From the NCBI RefSeq assembly GCF_037042905.1, contig NC_087245.1, positions 42,782,001-42,846,000 of the forward strand: a DNA stretch of 64,000 bases, read 5' to 3'. The translations under genes and the position numbers were made by a program. Origin of the DNA: Lytechinus pictus. Lineage: Eukaryota. Position 1 is the first letter of the stretch; each line of letters starts with the position of its first letter. This document shows, in pieces, positions 39,772 to 52,201 of the stretch. The notes beneath the pieces were generated by a model, which had not been told where the DNA came from, ran no database searches, and saw only the letters and a program-made list of their open reading frames with translations.

Positions 39772-42700
39772 CGCCATAGTGTTATGTTGTATGCCGCCCA
39801 CTTGCGGCCTATGTTTTATAGGCATGTTATTATTGTTCATTCGGGTCGAGTATTCGCCCCTTCCGGCCGGCAGCTTGCGTTGCGTGAGTATGTTGAATAA
39901 ATGCTTAAACATTATTCCATTGTGACTGGTTGTCCATCTTTGTAGTAGTCTCATAGTAATGGCGTGGTGGCAGCTACGGAATTTCGTACTCACCATTGAT
40001 TTCTTTTGCGATGGACTTTATGCGTTTTCTTGCAGCCAGTCGGTCGACAAATCCGTTGTCGTGATAGGTGGTTTAAACCGTTTATGTTTGCTCGCACTGC
40101 CGTAGTCCCACTTATAGCCCATATCGATGGCTTTTCCCTGTCCCTTTCCGAGGCGGAGGTCACAACCTCGTCTCCAGCAGGCCCAAGATAAAGGGCGTTT
40201 TAATCAACAGTTACATTTTGATCATTCTTATATTGATGGTACTTATTATAATCAAGAGTTAGAGTCAATTCAAATCAATGGAAATGAGAGAAATGAATAT
40301 GTGACCGAGAGTAATTTGAGTGTCAGTCTTGATGATAATGATTGTGATGATGATTTTGATGATGGTAGTTTAATGGGGGCTCCATACCAACCTCATCCCC
40401 TGAAGATAAGGGTAATGCATGCTACCATATCTAGTCATGTCAGTTCAAGTAGACCTAGAGCTTGCAGCCCTGATAAATCTGATATGGAGTTTGAGTCAAT
40501 TCAAATCAATGGAAATGAGATGAATGGATATGTGACCGAGAGTGATTCAAGTATCGGTTACAATGATGATGATCTGTATGATGATTTTGATGATAATCCA
40601 ATCGGGGATCCACACCAACCTCATCCCCAGACAATAAGGGCAATGCACACTACCATAACTAGCCATGTTAGTTCACACAGATCTTCTAGTAGTGCAATTA
40701 CTTTTGGCTCTAGTAAACCTGATTGTAAATGTGATGATAGAATTAGCCATAGGTGTTGCCCTTTATGCCTTGCAGCTAGTCGTTCTGATTTCCAACATCA
40801 TATTAGCGATTGTCCGTTTCTGCCGGAACATGAACAAAGAATGATTGCATGCGCTCGCCGGGCAATGTCGATACGCTATTGTCCAGACCAATCACGTAGC
40901 TCGAGTACTTATGATAGTCTTGATCATGATCTCATGTATTCTGAGTTTGACACTGACAGTGACTTATCGGATGATGACATTGTTGAAGATTGTTACGATC
41001 TTGGTAGTGCTTTAGGTTCAAGTCCAAACTTGACTGCTAGGGTTTCTTTGGAACCCCTGCTTGGTACTTTTGGTTGCTTCGAGGACCTACATGAGTTAGG
41101 CAGGTCACCACATATTCAGGGAGAAGATTTCTGCAGTGATGCGAGTGGCTCATCAGAGTTAGATGATGTTCACAACAGGGTTTGCGATCTTCCGCCACAG
41201 TCTCCAGTGGCCAGATTCTCTGAGTTGCCTAGTAAGGCTACGTCTCCACACGTTGATGTTTTCCATGGCTCAAAGTGTGTCCGAGTATACCTGGTTAGCG
41301 GTTCCTCAGTGAATCTAATCTGTTCCTCACTTGTTAGAAATCTTGGAGGTCTTATACTAGACACATCTTGTTCTGTTACACAAAAACCGTCCTTTCCTGG
41401 TAATATTGTTGGGACCACATCTCTCACTTTTACGAGAGAAGACCAGGTCTTTCTCTTTGAAGGCTTTGTTGTAGACTCCTCAGATGTAACAATACACGCT
41501 GGCATTCCGTTCATTGCACGTCATGATATCACTATCCGTCCTGCAAGACACTGTATCGTACTCGGTGATGGACCCTCGTATACCTATGGTCCCGAGCGTA
41601 CCGCACGCGCAGACAGTAAAAACTGTGTTCCACTCGTCTCCGCTAAGTTAGACAGATCGCCTCCGGTACCGCTCAGCGTCCGCGCAAATGTCTCACCTTG
41701 CTCGTTTGACAGTGTAAGATCTGCACCAACTCAATCACCTGGCGCAGACAGCTTGTCCGTGGACCAGCCCACCCGACATCTTGACCCTGATGCTGCATGT
41801 CAGCATAGGCAGATTGAACTGGCTTCAACTCCTAGCCAACAAGTATCCAGCATCACTCTTATCGACGTCAAGGTTGATTGCCCTAGGCCTGTTCATCTTG
41901 CTAACAAGCAATCTTCAGAAAGTCGCCAGCTAACCCCAGACACGTCAACTTATCAGCTTGCTGACAACTCGCTTGGACTCAACTGCAATAGCAGTGCCAC
42001 TCCTCTCCTGCACAGTAGACCCTCCTCTCTTCCCTATTCCATCCCGGTTGAGGACCCTCCTGGTCGTCCTCCAGATTCTGTCAGTAGAGCGCTGTCCTGC
42101 CCTCTTCACCTATCTGATCCACCTGACGGTCAACCTTTCTCGGATAGGCCTTGTAGTCGACATCTTCCCAAACAGCTTTCCCACTTCTCAGTTTGACAGA
42201 GGAGAGAATAACAACGATGATGATGAGGCCACTGTGTACTCCCTCATTGGTGGTTCCACTGATGTCCCTCGTGCAACAAAGGTCATAGATCCTCCTGGCC
42301 CCCTGCCAGGTGCTCCCGATAGACATGATGTATTTGACGTTGTCTCCCCAAGCGATGCATCTCGTTACCCCTCTGATGTCACTTCCCGTGATCATCCTCT
42401 ATGGGCCTTCGCGTCTCCAATCTCACACAGAGCACCTAGTGCAGAGCTTCGTCCCGTCCACTTCACATGTTTATTCGTAGGGCTCCATTCTGGCCGCCCA
42501 CCGGACATTAACTCTATGCCCCTGAGCTTATGAGTCCCACCTACAGCCTTGGCCCTGAGTGCTTTCCTCCACAACATTGAAAATGTGAACTTTCTATATA
42601 GAGACTGAATTTTTGGCTTAACATCTTTATTGCAGACTATAGACACCAGATGGACATTTATTGCATTACTTTTCTTTTTTCTGCCTTTTGTGAGTTTAAT

Positions 42701-44630
42701 GTTTTATATGTATTCTGTATTTGTGTCCATTTGTGTCATTAAAGTTTGTTTATTTCTGTCTTTAAAGATTGTTCATGATGTGCGTAAAAGAATTTTGTAC
42801 TTTTGCCATTTACTTTGATGCTTTTCCTTCTTGTTCGCGCTTTTATTTAGTGCTGGACTGGTGTGCGCTGTGTGTGGGTGAATTTGATGAATGAGGTGAT
42901 TGTGTTCCTACATTTGTATTCTTTATTGGAAAGCCAAGAGTGAGATATTAAGAATAATTTATATTATTTTTGTATGTCTTTTAGTTTGTTTGCATCTGTG
43001 TTTGTGGAACATCATTTGTTTTAGATGATTGCATGTACAGTCCTACATGCTGCAGGTAGCTTTATTGTTTATGTATTTCAGTTGTTTCACTCTTAGCGAG
43101 ATGAGAGGGTACCCAATGTACTTTAAGTTATATGTTTATGTTATTTATATGAACAGTTTTATTGTGTCTAATTATGTTCATGATAAGTAATGCTTTATAT
43201 TACTGGGTGTGTTGGTTTCCCCTTTATTTGTCACACCCTCCTCATACTTTTTTTTTGCTTATATGTGCACTTATAGTTAACGTTATATAATGAATGTGCG
43301 AACAGTTGTTTATCCTTTGTAGTGTATATTATAAACACTATTGAATAGTGGGAGGTGGAATAGTGATAAGAAGTTGCTATTTTGACAGTTAAGAAAGGAG
43401 ATGAATGTTATAAAAGGCGCTGATTTTGTTTGGATTCATGATTTTGCTATTGTATATGACAACATATATGCATGAAATTTCTTTATTTCGTTATATTGTT
43501 GGATATATATATTTTAAGCCAAACTTAGAACCAGTTATTTTGTTGGGGTACATACATTGAGTGTATTATATTAGGTTATACCAGTTACTTGATTATTTCC
43601 CTTTTACTGATATAAGTGTATGTTTGTTAATTCCCTTCATATATTACTAGTTGAAGTATCAGTTATGCATGTCAACTGCCTTGCACCGATTTCTAATCAG
43701 CTACATTTAATATGTGTGGAATATTTGTGAATTTGTTGAATGTGGCCCATTATGCGTGGATCGGTTGGTGTTTGCTGATTTTATTACACTACTTTATGAA
43801 CGTGTTTTGGGATCATATTGGATTTTAGGTTATATGCTGTACATTGGTAGGGTTGTTGATTGCATAGCTTTTTATAATTTTTTTTTAAAACTTTATCATG
43901 CAGTGTATCCATGTGGCACTTGTATATGCATTTACATGTATACCCTTACCATTTTAGGTTTATTTGCGAAATTGTCTTTGGTCATCAAACCAACAAATGG
44001 GGCAGGTTGAGAGTGTTATATGGATGTTTCGTTAAGATGTTTTGAGTTAGGATTATGTAGCTACTTTTTCTATTTCATTACAGGAAGCATAGTGTATAAA
44101 GTTGTATCGTTTAATGTATCAGTTTATGGGCAGAAATCATTACCATTTGATTGGTTAACATGATATTCAAATCTATCAATATGTTTTGGGTTTATTGCTG
44201 CACTTACCCATGTAAACTTTGGATAGGATTAAAGTATCAGGAATAGTTAATTGTTGACTTTAATTTACCAAGTCAATTTACCTTACTATGATTGAAGGTC
44301 TGATGCGATAAGTTGGACTATGGTATTTAGCAAGTTTGATCTGTTTTACACTCCCGACATGTATGTCTTTTAAGTTAGTTTGTTTGTTGCTTATAGATTT
44401 CTTTTATTGTGAAAAAAAGAAAGAAGAAAAGTGGTTGCGCCATAGTGTTATGTTGTATGCCGCCCACTTGCGGCCTATGTTTTATAGGCATGTTATTATT
44501 GTTCATTCGGGTCGAGTATTCGCCCCTTCCGGCCGGCAGCTTGCGTTGCGTGAGTATGTTGAATAAATGCTTAAACATTATTCCATTGTGACTGGTTGTC
44601 CATCTTTGTAGTAGTCTCATAGTAATGGCG
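39772..44630 (+). mobile_element. Non-autonomous Gypsy-derived LTR element with two identical 193-bp LTRs
   Basis: Direct repeats 39772-39964 and 44438-44630, with no mismatch found by eye. PBS-like tggtggcagc directly after the left repeat. Polypurine tract aaaaaagaaagaagaaaag before the right repeat. AATAAA inside the LTR. Confidence 0.88.
40127..42196 (+). CDS. Retroelement gag/protease-derived protein, 689 aa (zinc knuckle plus degenerate retropepsin), no RT/IN
   Basis: CPLCLAASRSDFQHHISDC (Cys/His knuckle). SPHVDVFHGSKCVRVYLVSGSSVNLI...IHAGIPFI is retropepsin-like, with V at the expected catalytic D. Acidic N-terminal duplication. Confidence 0.7.
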   Translation: MAFPCPFPRRRSQPRLQQAQDKGRFNQQLHFDHSYIDGTYYNQELESIQINGNERNEYVTESNLSVSLDDNDCDDDFDDGSLMGAPYQPHPLKIRVMHATISSHVSSSRPRACSPDKSDMEFESIQINGNEMNGYVTESDSSIGYNDDDLYDDFDDNPIGDPHQPHPQTIRAMHTTITSHVSSHRSSSSAITFGSSKPDCKCDDRISHRCCPLCLAASRSDFQHHISDCPFLPEHEQRMIACARRAMSIRYCPDQSRSSSTYDSLDHDLMYSEFDTDSDLSDDDIVEDCYDLGSALGSSPNLTARVSLEPLLGTFGCFEDLHELGRSPHIQGEDFCSDASGSSELDDVHNRVCDLPPQSPVARFSELPSKATSPHVDVFHGSKCVRVYLVSGSSVNLICSSLVRNLGGLILDTSCSVTQKPSFPGNIVGTTSLTFTREDQVFLFEGFVVDSSDVTIHAGIPFIARHDITIRPARHCIVLGDGPSYTYGPERTARADSKNCVPLVSAKLDRSPPVPLSVRANVSPCSFDSVRSAPTQSPGADSLSVDQPTRHLDPDAACQHRQIELASTPSQQVSSITLIDVKVDCPRPVHLANKQSSESRQLTPDTSTYQLADNSLGLNCNSSATPLLHSRPSSLPYSIPVEDPPGRPPDSVSRALSCPLHLSDPPDGQPFSDRPCSRHLPKQLSHFSV

Positions 44631-47600
44631 CACCACATTTTAATTTTTCGGGAGATACCACGTATCATTATGCTATTTTGGTCATATACCCCTCCCTCGA
44701 GTATTCCATCACCCCCGTCCTCTGTCTTAGTGGATTTATCTTTCTTTCTCCACTCTCCACTATTTTCCAGTCTATTTTCTCTTCTGTCAACTCCACTCTC
44801 TTCCGCCCCGATTCTTATTCTCTTTATATCATTTGATTTTATCCCATGCACTGTTGAAAGAGTATGTGAACATTGACTTGAATGTATTACTTCTTAGTAA
44901 ATGTATTTTCTTGATACATTTTTTTACCACTTCGTCATAATGTTTTTCAGCAGTACAATTGAGGTCAATGTACAGCGTATATACAGTTACAAAGCAGACA
45001 AGCCATTCTCAAATACTGTTTTTGAAGCTCCACATTTCTTATTGAGAATCTGTAATGCTCCACTATCCATTACGCAAATCAGCAAAGTATTGCGGAGGGG
45101 GTCCAGATGCCCCTAGTGCGGGTCGAGGGGGCAGAGCCCCGAGAAGTTTTGGAATATGAGGCCTTTTCAATTGCCCAGAGGGGCTCTAATTAATATCAAC
45201 AGAAGAAATACAAATGCCAACAAACTACACAATATTTATCAAAAGAAAAAGTGACTTTTTCACAACATACCAGTGATACCACTAGTGCAGACTGTTCTGC
45301 ACTAGATCTATTGGCTGAAGCAAGTGGCGTAAACAAAATTGAGGGGGCTATATATGGCAGTTGAAGCAAAAATTATGAACTTTTCAATACAAAAATCTAT
45401 ATTTTGACATAATATTAAGAAAATAATACAATATTCCACTCTTCCCCATTCCTTGTCTTTCCTTTTCTCCCTTTTTTTCTTGGCCGTGAAACACTTGGGG
45501 GCCCCCACTCCCCACCCCCATCTGTACGCCAGTGGCTGAAGTTACATTCCCCGATTTTGCAAGGGCTGAAAAATCTGTCCCTCTCTCTCTCTACAACTCA
45601 CGTGCAGTATCATTCATTCAGTTCGTGTTAAGCAAGACTGCATGCAGGCAATCACGGCAGGCAATACACTTGAGCATATTTAACTTTTACAACTTCGGAT
45701 TTGAATCGGCTTCGGAAACAAAGTTTCTGCTTGTTATGTCCCAAACTCATAATATTTTATTATCAGGATGTTCTTGGAATATCATATTATTTGATATTTA
45801 ACTATTAACCAAAACGTATACTCTGGAAATGCAAAATTACTCGCCGTAGAAAAAGAAATCCTACAAACGGGGCTTTCAAATCACTTGTGTGGCATATGAA
45901 CTTTGTACAGCATAGAACAAAAAAAGGAGAACGCCATCGATCTTCCATATAATAGGGGTTATCGAGTGCTAAATTTGACAAAATTTGAGGAAATCAATGA
46001 GCAATTAAGTGTCAAGTAAAGAGTTTTTGTTTTTTCTTTGTACTAAAATGATCACCAAATCCTCATTTCCAGGTTACTGGTACATGTAGATACATTTTTC
46101 TCCCCAATTTTTCCTTATTTCTACTTTTTTTTTTATACAGGCTCCCAAGCGCCACTCCGCAAGGCTCGGTGCGCCACAAGTGGCGCGCGCGCCACCATTT
46201 GAGAATCCCTGGCATAGACTAATCAAGAAACAAAATTTATTCTGCACATAAAACTCATTTTCAATCTGTAAAAAAATATTTAATATTGACAAATTTTAAT
46301 GCTGAAAAGTTGTCTGAATTCTACATGTAGCTAATAAAATGCAAAATTTATAATATTTCACCTCAAATCCCGACCCAATTTAAGGTACTTATTCTACCAA
46401 ATTCGAAAATTCCTTAATAATCTAAATTTTATGTGAGTCACACTTAACAAAAGGCTTTGCATACAATTATCATGATTAAGAAACGTACGGATCAGTGATT
46501 TAGTAAAGGTTCCGATTATTATTCGCATTACTTTCCATAACATCCAGCGTCTGAATATGAGTATAAAGAAACTCGTATCATTACGACATGGGTATCGATT
46601 TGTGTTCATGGTTGGGGAAGAGGGGTGACTGACATAAATATTGTTCTCTGTGACGGATTTTTCTCATTTAGTTTGAAAGGGGAGGGGGGGGGGGAGGGTC
46701 AGTGGCATTACGTGTCTAACATTTTTAGGGGGCCAGACATGGCATAAAAAGGTAAAATGCATAATTTCGAAAATGCTGCAAGCGAGCGAACAAAAGAATC
46801 GACCATTTCAATATAAAATATAATTTCGTGATAGATTTTGACATGATATTTTGAAGTATAAATCTCATTTCACCCCTTTTCCTTTCCTCTCTTTCTTTTC
46901 TCTTTTCTTGGTCGTAAACTTTCTTGGGGTTCCATGGCCGCCGAAGCGCCAAACCCCACGACTGTATGCCAGTGGGTAGGGGTAGTTCTTATAAAAGTCT
47001 TCATAAAGGAGCAGCTGCCCCATAAGTTACGCAATAGAAAATGCATAAATTTCATTTTATTAATTGTCTGTGATGACTTGTTTTTATTCAATTTTCTTTT
47101 CTGGTGTGAAATGACTTGTACATGATATACGGTAATGAAGGTACAAAACCATTTTCAATTTTCTGACGCTGTAGCCTACACACGAAAAGAATGACCGCGG
47201 ATGTTCGCAAGTAGAAGACACCCATTTTCATGTTTCGACCAGCTGTCATATTTGGGTCCCACTTTGACTTTTACATTTAATTGATTTCTTTTTACCATAC
47301 AGTATGTAGGAAAGCTGCTCGCATATGACGTCACAATTCCAATATTTAAGATTCTAATAACTTGTTTATTCTTTGGTGGATTTTCCTCTAACCTTCGCCA
47401 ATATTTTTGATATTTTTTCTGGTATTTTTACCATAAAAATTTTCAGGGTGACCTTCCCTTTTAAGGGCTGCAAGTACCCGTACTGCCATTATACGTGAGT
47501 GACCCCCCTAGACAAAAACAAGAACATCTTTTCAATTTATTAAAAGATATTCAAATCTAGAAACACATCGTCAAAACATCATGGAGTGATGAACAAACAG

Positions 47601-47911
47601 ACAAGCAGTATGCTAGGTAAATTATGATATAGAATAAACTTCTTTGTAGAATATCACATTTACAGTTCTCCTTATAAACCAGCAAACGTGTTTAATATTC
47701 TATAATTTGTCAATTTTTATACAGAGTTTTCTAAGACTTATTGATTTTTCTTCTCTTTCATCTTATTTATTTAATTATCTTAACACAATGTTGTTCAATA
47801 GTATGATCAATGTGTAAAAGAGCTGCTGAACAGAGCTGCAGACGATTGACAATAATTTCACATCGTATATAGCAATGTCAGATTGGATACAATAGACACT
47901 TAAGACAGATA

Positions 47912-48210
47912 GGCCCGTATTCTGAAGTCGGTTTTAACTCAGTTTTAAAGTTGTGGTTTAAGTATGGATAGCCAATTGTTACATAAATCACAAACAGTAT
48001 CATATTTCAGCTCATGTGGCTCTCAAATCATTCATAATTGTCTAGGAAGTATAAAACGATGATTGTCTTCACCATGGATGAATCAGGAAAGAGCACAGTA
48101 AACATAAGAAACATACAACTTAATAAAAATTTTGACACTTTTGGCTTCCCATAATTTTAGCACAGAGTTAGACTATGGTCTAAGTTAAACCTGACTTCAG
48201 AATACGGGCC
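47912..48210. mobile_element. MITE with GGCCCGTATTCTGAAGTC TIRs, 3-bp flank ATA (Harbinger-like)
   Basis: ata|ggcccgtattctgaagtc ... gacttcagaatacgggcc|ata. Confidence 0.8.
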
Positions 48211-48626
48211 ATAGAATTAAATTAATAGATCAAATTAAAGCATTCATCTCAATTTCCTTAAACAATCATTCAACAAACTTTATGTCTCTTAAGACTTAAG
48301 CAATTGAGTCTATCCATGAGTTTAGACATGTTAAATTAAGGAAACAGTAATTTTCCTCGGCCATAATGAACTTGGTCGGGAGCTGTCGGGAAACGGAATA
48401 CGACTGGTGGTGACCAGTGATATGTTGGGTCTACTTCAGCAGCCCTTATACCCTGCCCAAAATTAGTAATATCACAATAGATCAAAACAACTATAGCATA
48501 TGCCTACATGATTAATCGGATTAATCGCGGAGTCGACAGATGCTAAATTGAATGATTGTCTAACCTTCGCTTCGGAGCTTATTATCGTCGATGGGTCTTT
48601 GTTTTCCGTATCCCAAACGATTAAAC

Positions 48627-50330
48627 AGGGCCGTAGCCAGAGGGGGGGGGGGGGGGGGGGTCCCTGGGTTCCGCGGAACCCCGCCACTTGCCAATGGCAA
48701 AAAAAAGAAAAGAAAAGGGATTTTAAAAAAGTTAATGAGGGGTGAAGGTAGACAAAAGAATAAATAGTATATCCCGTTTTCTAGTCAATATAAACAGATT
48801 ATTATGCTCACGATTCAAATTTTGTAGCTTTGTTTCAGCGAGATACGCGATTACGCATCTTGTTTATGATAACAAAAAGTGCAGAATATAGAAAAAAATG
48901 TTCAGTTTGCGCTACGCGCTCGCATCAATTGATAAGAGAGATATATATCCCATTCCTAAACTTAACAATCTTTGAAATATCCACTTTTCATGTCAGTAGG
49001 CCACTAGGCCTATATGTATATATCAAATATTTTTAATGCTTTGCATTCGCATTATTGTTTAGTTAGATACTCATCCTTTTCATGATTACAAAAATGAGTT
49101 TAGACATGTTAGAATGTCAAGTTGCTAGGGCTAAATCCTCACCGGAAGCGGGGAGGGGGGGGGGGGTTACACTTGCCCCCTCAAAATTCCCCGTTTTCAA
49201 AATGGAAAATACCCTTCTTTTAGAAGGAAATATGCCTTTTTTTCAAAATGGATTACTCTATTTTTAAGTAAAACATTAAAAAATATAGGTTAGAAAATCA
49301 TATTATGTTTGGCTTGCGCTTTTTCGCGCTCGCATCAATTATAATGTACAAGAATGGTTAGACTGTCCAGTTTTCAGGTTGGAAAATCCAAAATTTTTGG
49401 TTCACGTTTCGCGCTCGCATCAATTGTTGTTTAGTAAGAATTCATTCTGTTCCTGGTTACAAAAAAAAAACACATAAAATGTCAAGTTTTCAGGTTGAAA
49501 CATTACAACTTTTTGGCTCGCCTTTCGCGCTCGCAGCCATTATTGTTTAGAAAATGTACTCATTTTGTTCCTGGTTACAAAACATGCTTATATAGAATGT
49601 CCAGTTTTCAAGTTGGAATATCACAGATTCTAAGCTTGCGCTTCGCGCTCACATTATTCGATTGGTGAGATATGTTATTATTATTATTATCATTTGTTTG
49701 GCGTCACCTGTGCCTGGAAGGCGAAAAGCGAACTGATTCACTATGACCCGCAGGTCTCTCCTCCCTGTATGTATATGTATCCTATGCATGAGTCATTAAA
49801 TGCAGTCCTTAACAGGTTACATTTCTGGTCAATATATAAACAAATTACAGCTCGCGCTTCGCGCTCCCGTTAATTCTATGCACATCCCTTTCACGATTAC
49901 AAAAACTACTCCGAATGTTTAAGTTCATGTCTTGTTACATGAAATGTCTAATATTTTGAGCTCGCAATTCGCACTTGCAGCATCTCGCAAGGATGGCCTA
50001 TTAACAGAAATTAGCGCCATAATGACCAAATGCGAGTTTTACAACTTCAGATTTGAATAAAATCATTATGTGATTATTTTTAAGGTATGTTAAGAGCACT
50101 GGCAGATCGATCCAGGGGGGGGGGGCACATCTGGCTCGTGCCCCGCCCCCTCCCCCTTTGAGAGCCACAATATATATATTTATTGTAAATGTGCCGTTTT
50201 TACACGAGTGTGCCCCCTTTTGAAAGTCACAGCATATATTTTTTCAATAGTAATATGTCTTTCATACACAAGTGAAGACTTTTTTTTTGCGTTTCAAATT
50301 TTCTTCGGGAAAATGTGCCCCCCTTTTTAA
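48627..50330 (-). repeat. Degenerate array of gctcgcgcttcgcgctcgc-containing units with poly-G blocks
   Basis: ttcgcgctcgca-like motifs at about 48910, 49323, 49408, 49524, 49641, 49857 and 49960. Reverse-orientation relative of the 37704-39134 array. Confidence 0.7.
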
Positions 50331-51385
50331 GGATATAAATTTTCAATTTGCGTTTAATATGTGCAAATGTAACTGAATTTTAAAGGTTAGTTTAATTTGG
50401 AAATCATTCAAAAATTATTGTCTTCTAACAATAATCGCATTGTTCCTAACGATTTCATGAATCAGAAGGGAACTAATTTCTTTATTAATCTTAGTGCGAA
50501 CTGGTAGGCCTAGTATTGAAATAATGTATTTAAGAAAATATTTGTTTTGCAGCAGGAAATATGCAGGGTAGGCCTAAATACAATCTCATTTTTTTAATTA
50601 TCTGGTATTGAAAGTGTAGAATTAGATATTTTTACGCCAATTTTATAATTCATTATATTCATAGACCAATTGTAGGCCCTATGATCAATATCATGTTGAT
50701 CACGTTTTTAATGAATCATTGTTTTCTGACAAGCTATTATCAAGAACGTCTTATGAAGAAAATTAAAAATCAGAAATATTACTCCATTTTCTTTCTCAAT
50801 TTTGTAAAGACCTATCTAGTTTTTTTTTTTTTTTTTTTTTATCTAAGTCAAGGAAGGAGAAATGCATGTCCTGCGCTACCAGCCCGCCTGTAGCTCCAGG
50901 CATTATACGATTACGGTACATATTTTCATTTCACATTACTGCAAGTAAACAAAAAAGGAAAATTCTAATAGATTTATCGATTCAAAAGACATCATTTACC
51001 ACTTTTTTCCTTATTTTAGTCAATTCGCTAAGCGGAGAGAGATTTCTAAGGGAATCTTTAGCATATTTCATTATCTCCTTATATGGATTTGTCAATGACA
51101 AACTCTTTCGTTTATATAGTTTTTGGTAATCTATGCATGCTTATTGCCTTACCTCAAACTTGTCATAATTTATTTATTTATTTATTCATTTGTAGTTTTA
51201 TTTATACAGGGTGGCATTGACAGTTTCTAAACTGCTTTCCACAACGGCCATAAACTTTTTCAATATCTTCCCAAACAGTGAAAAAAAATAATGAAATACA
51301 TCAGGCAAAATATATTTGGGTAGCAATCAGACGCAAAGTGTATACATCGGATCCATGATTCCCTAATCCTGTATTATTTTTTTTT

Positions 51386-52201
51386 CACTGTAAAAATATT
51401 GGGTAAGATTTTTACCAACACGAGGGTAATTCCGGGGGGGGGGGGGGGGCCACTTCCATTGACGAGTGGATACCATGCGCAAACATGGGGTCTCGAAAAG
51501 CACCCTAAACACGTATTTTCTATATTCTGACAATGCACCCCTTAACAAGTATTGGCGTGTGAAACCCTACCCTTAACAAGTATTATAAACAAAAACGATA
51601 CTCTTGGCAATAATTCCCTGAATTGAACCCCTAAACAACTAATTGTTATGTCACGGACGTTGGTTGTCGGTTTTACCTTTACCTACATTTATTTGGGTTT
51701 AGTAGAACGGCCCACCTCGCGCAAATCGTACTCTAAACACGTAGTGTTGACTGTTGGGGCAAAAAGTACATCCTTTATAAAACATTTTAGTCTTAATTTT
51801 TTATACCCTCGCAAATCTGACCCTAAACACGTAGCTTTCCTAGCGAAATAGATACCCTTTTTTCATTATATTATTGTTTTTGACACCCTTATTACGTTAC
51901 GTACGTAACGTGCCCTATCTTGAAAAAGACATCCTTTTTACGTGTTTTTTGGTCGCGCATGGTATCCACTCGTCAATGTAAGTGGCCCCCCCAAGGGGTA
52001 ATTACGTGTTCAACCAATCGGGGCAGTATTTCACCCAATGCGGGAAGCATATTGTCCACTAAGGTTAATAAGCAGAAACTACTTTAGCATTGGCAAAATT
52101 GTCATCACACTAGATAAACAAAAATGGCCCCCAAAATGCCCAATGTTGGTTGGACACATAATTACCGTCATGGAGCTCTTTTACCCAATATTTTTAGAGT
52201 G
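51386..52201. mobile_element. CAC...GTG MITE interrupted by a poly-G-ended element (51432-51995, TSD GGGTAATT)
   Basis: cactgtaaaaatattgggtaa ... ttacccaatatttttagagtg. Insert TIRs gccacttccattgacgagtggataccatgcgc / gcgcatggtatccactcgtcaatgtaagtggc. Confidence 0.85.
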
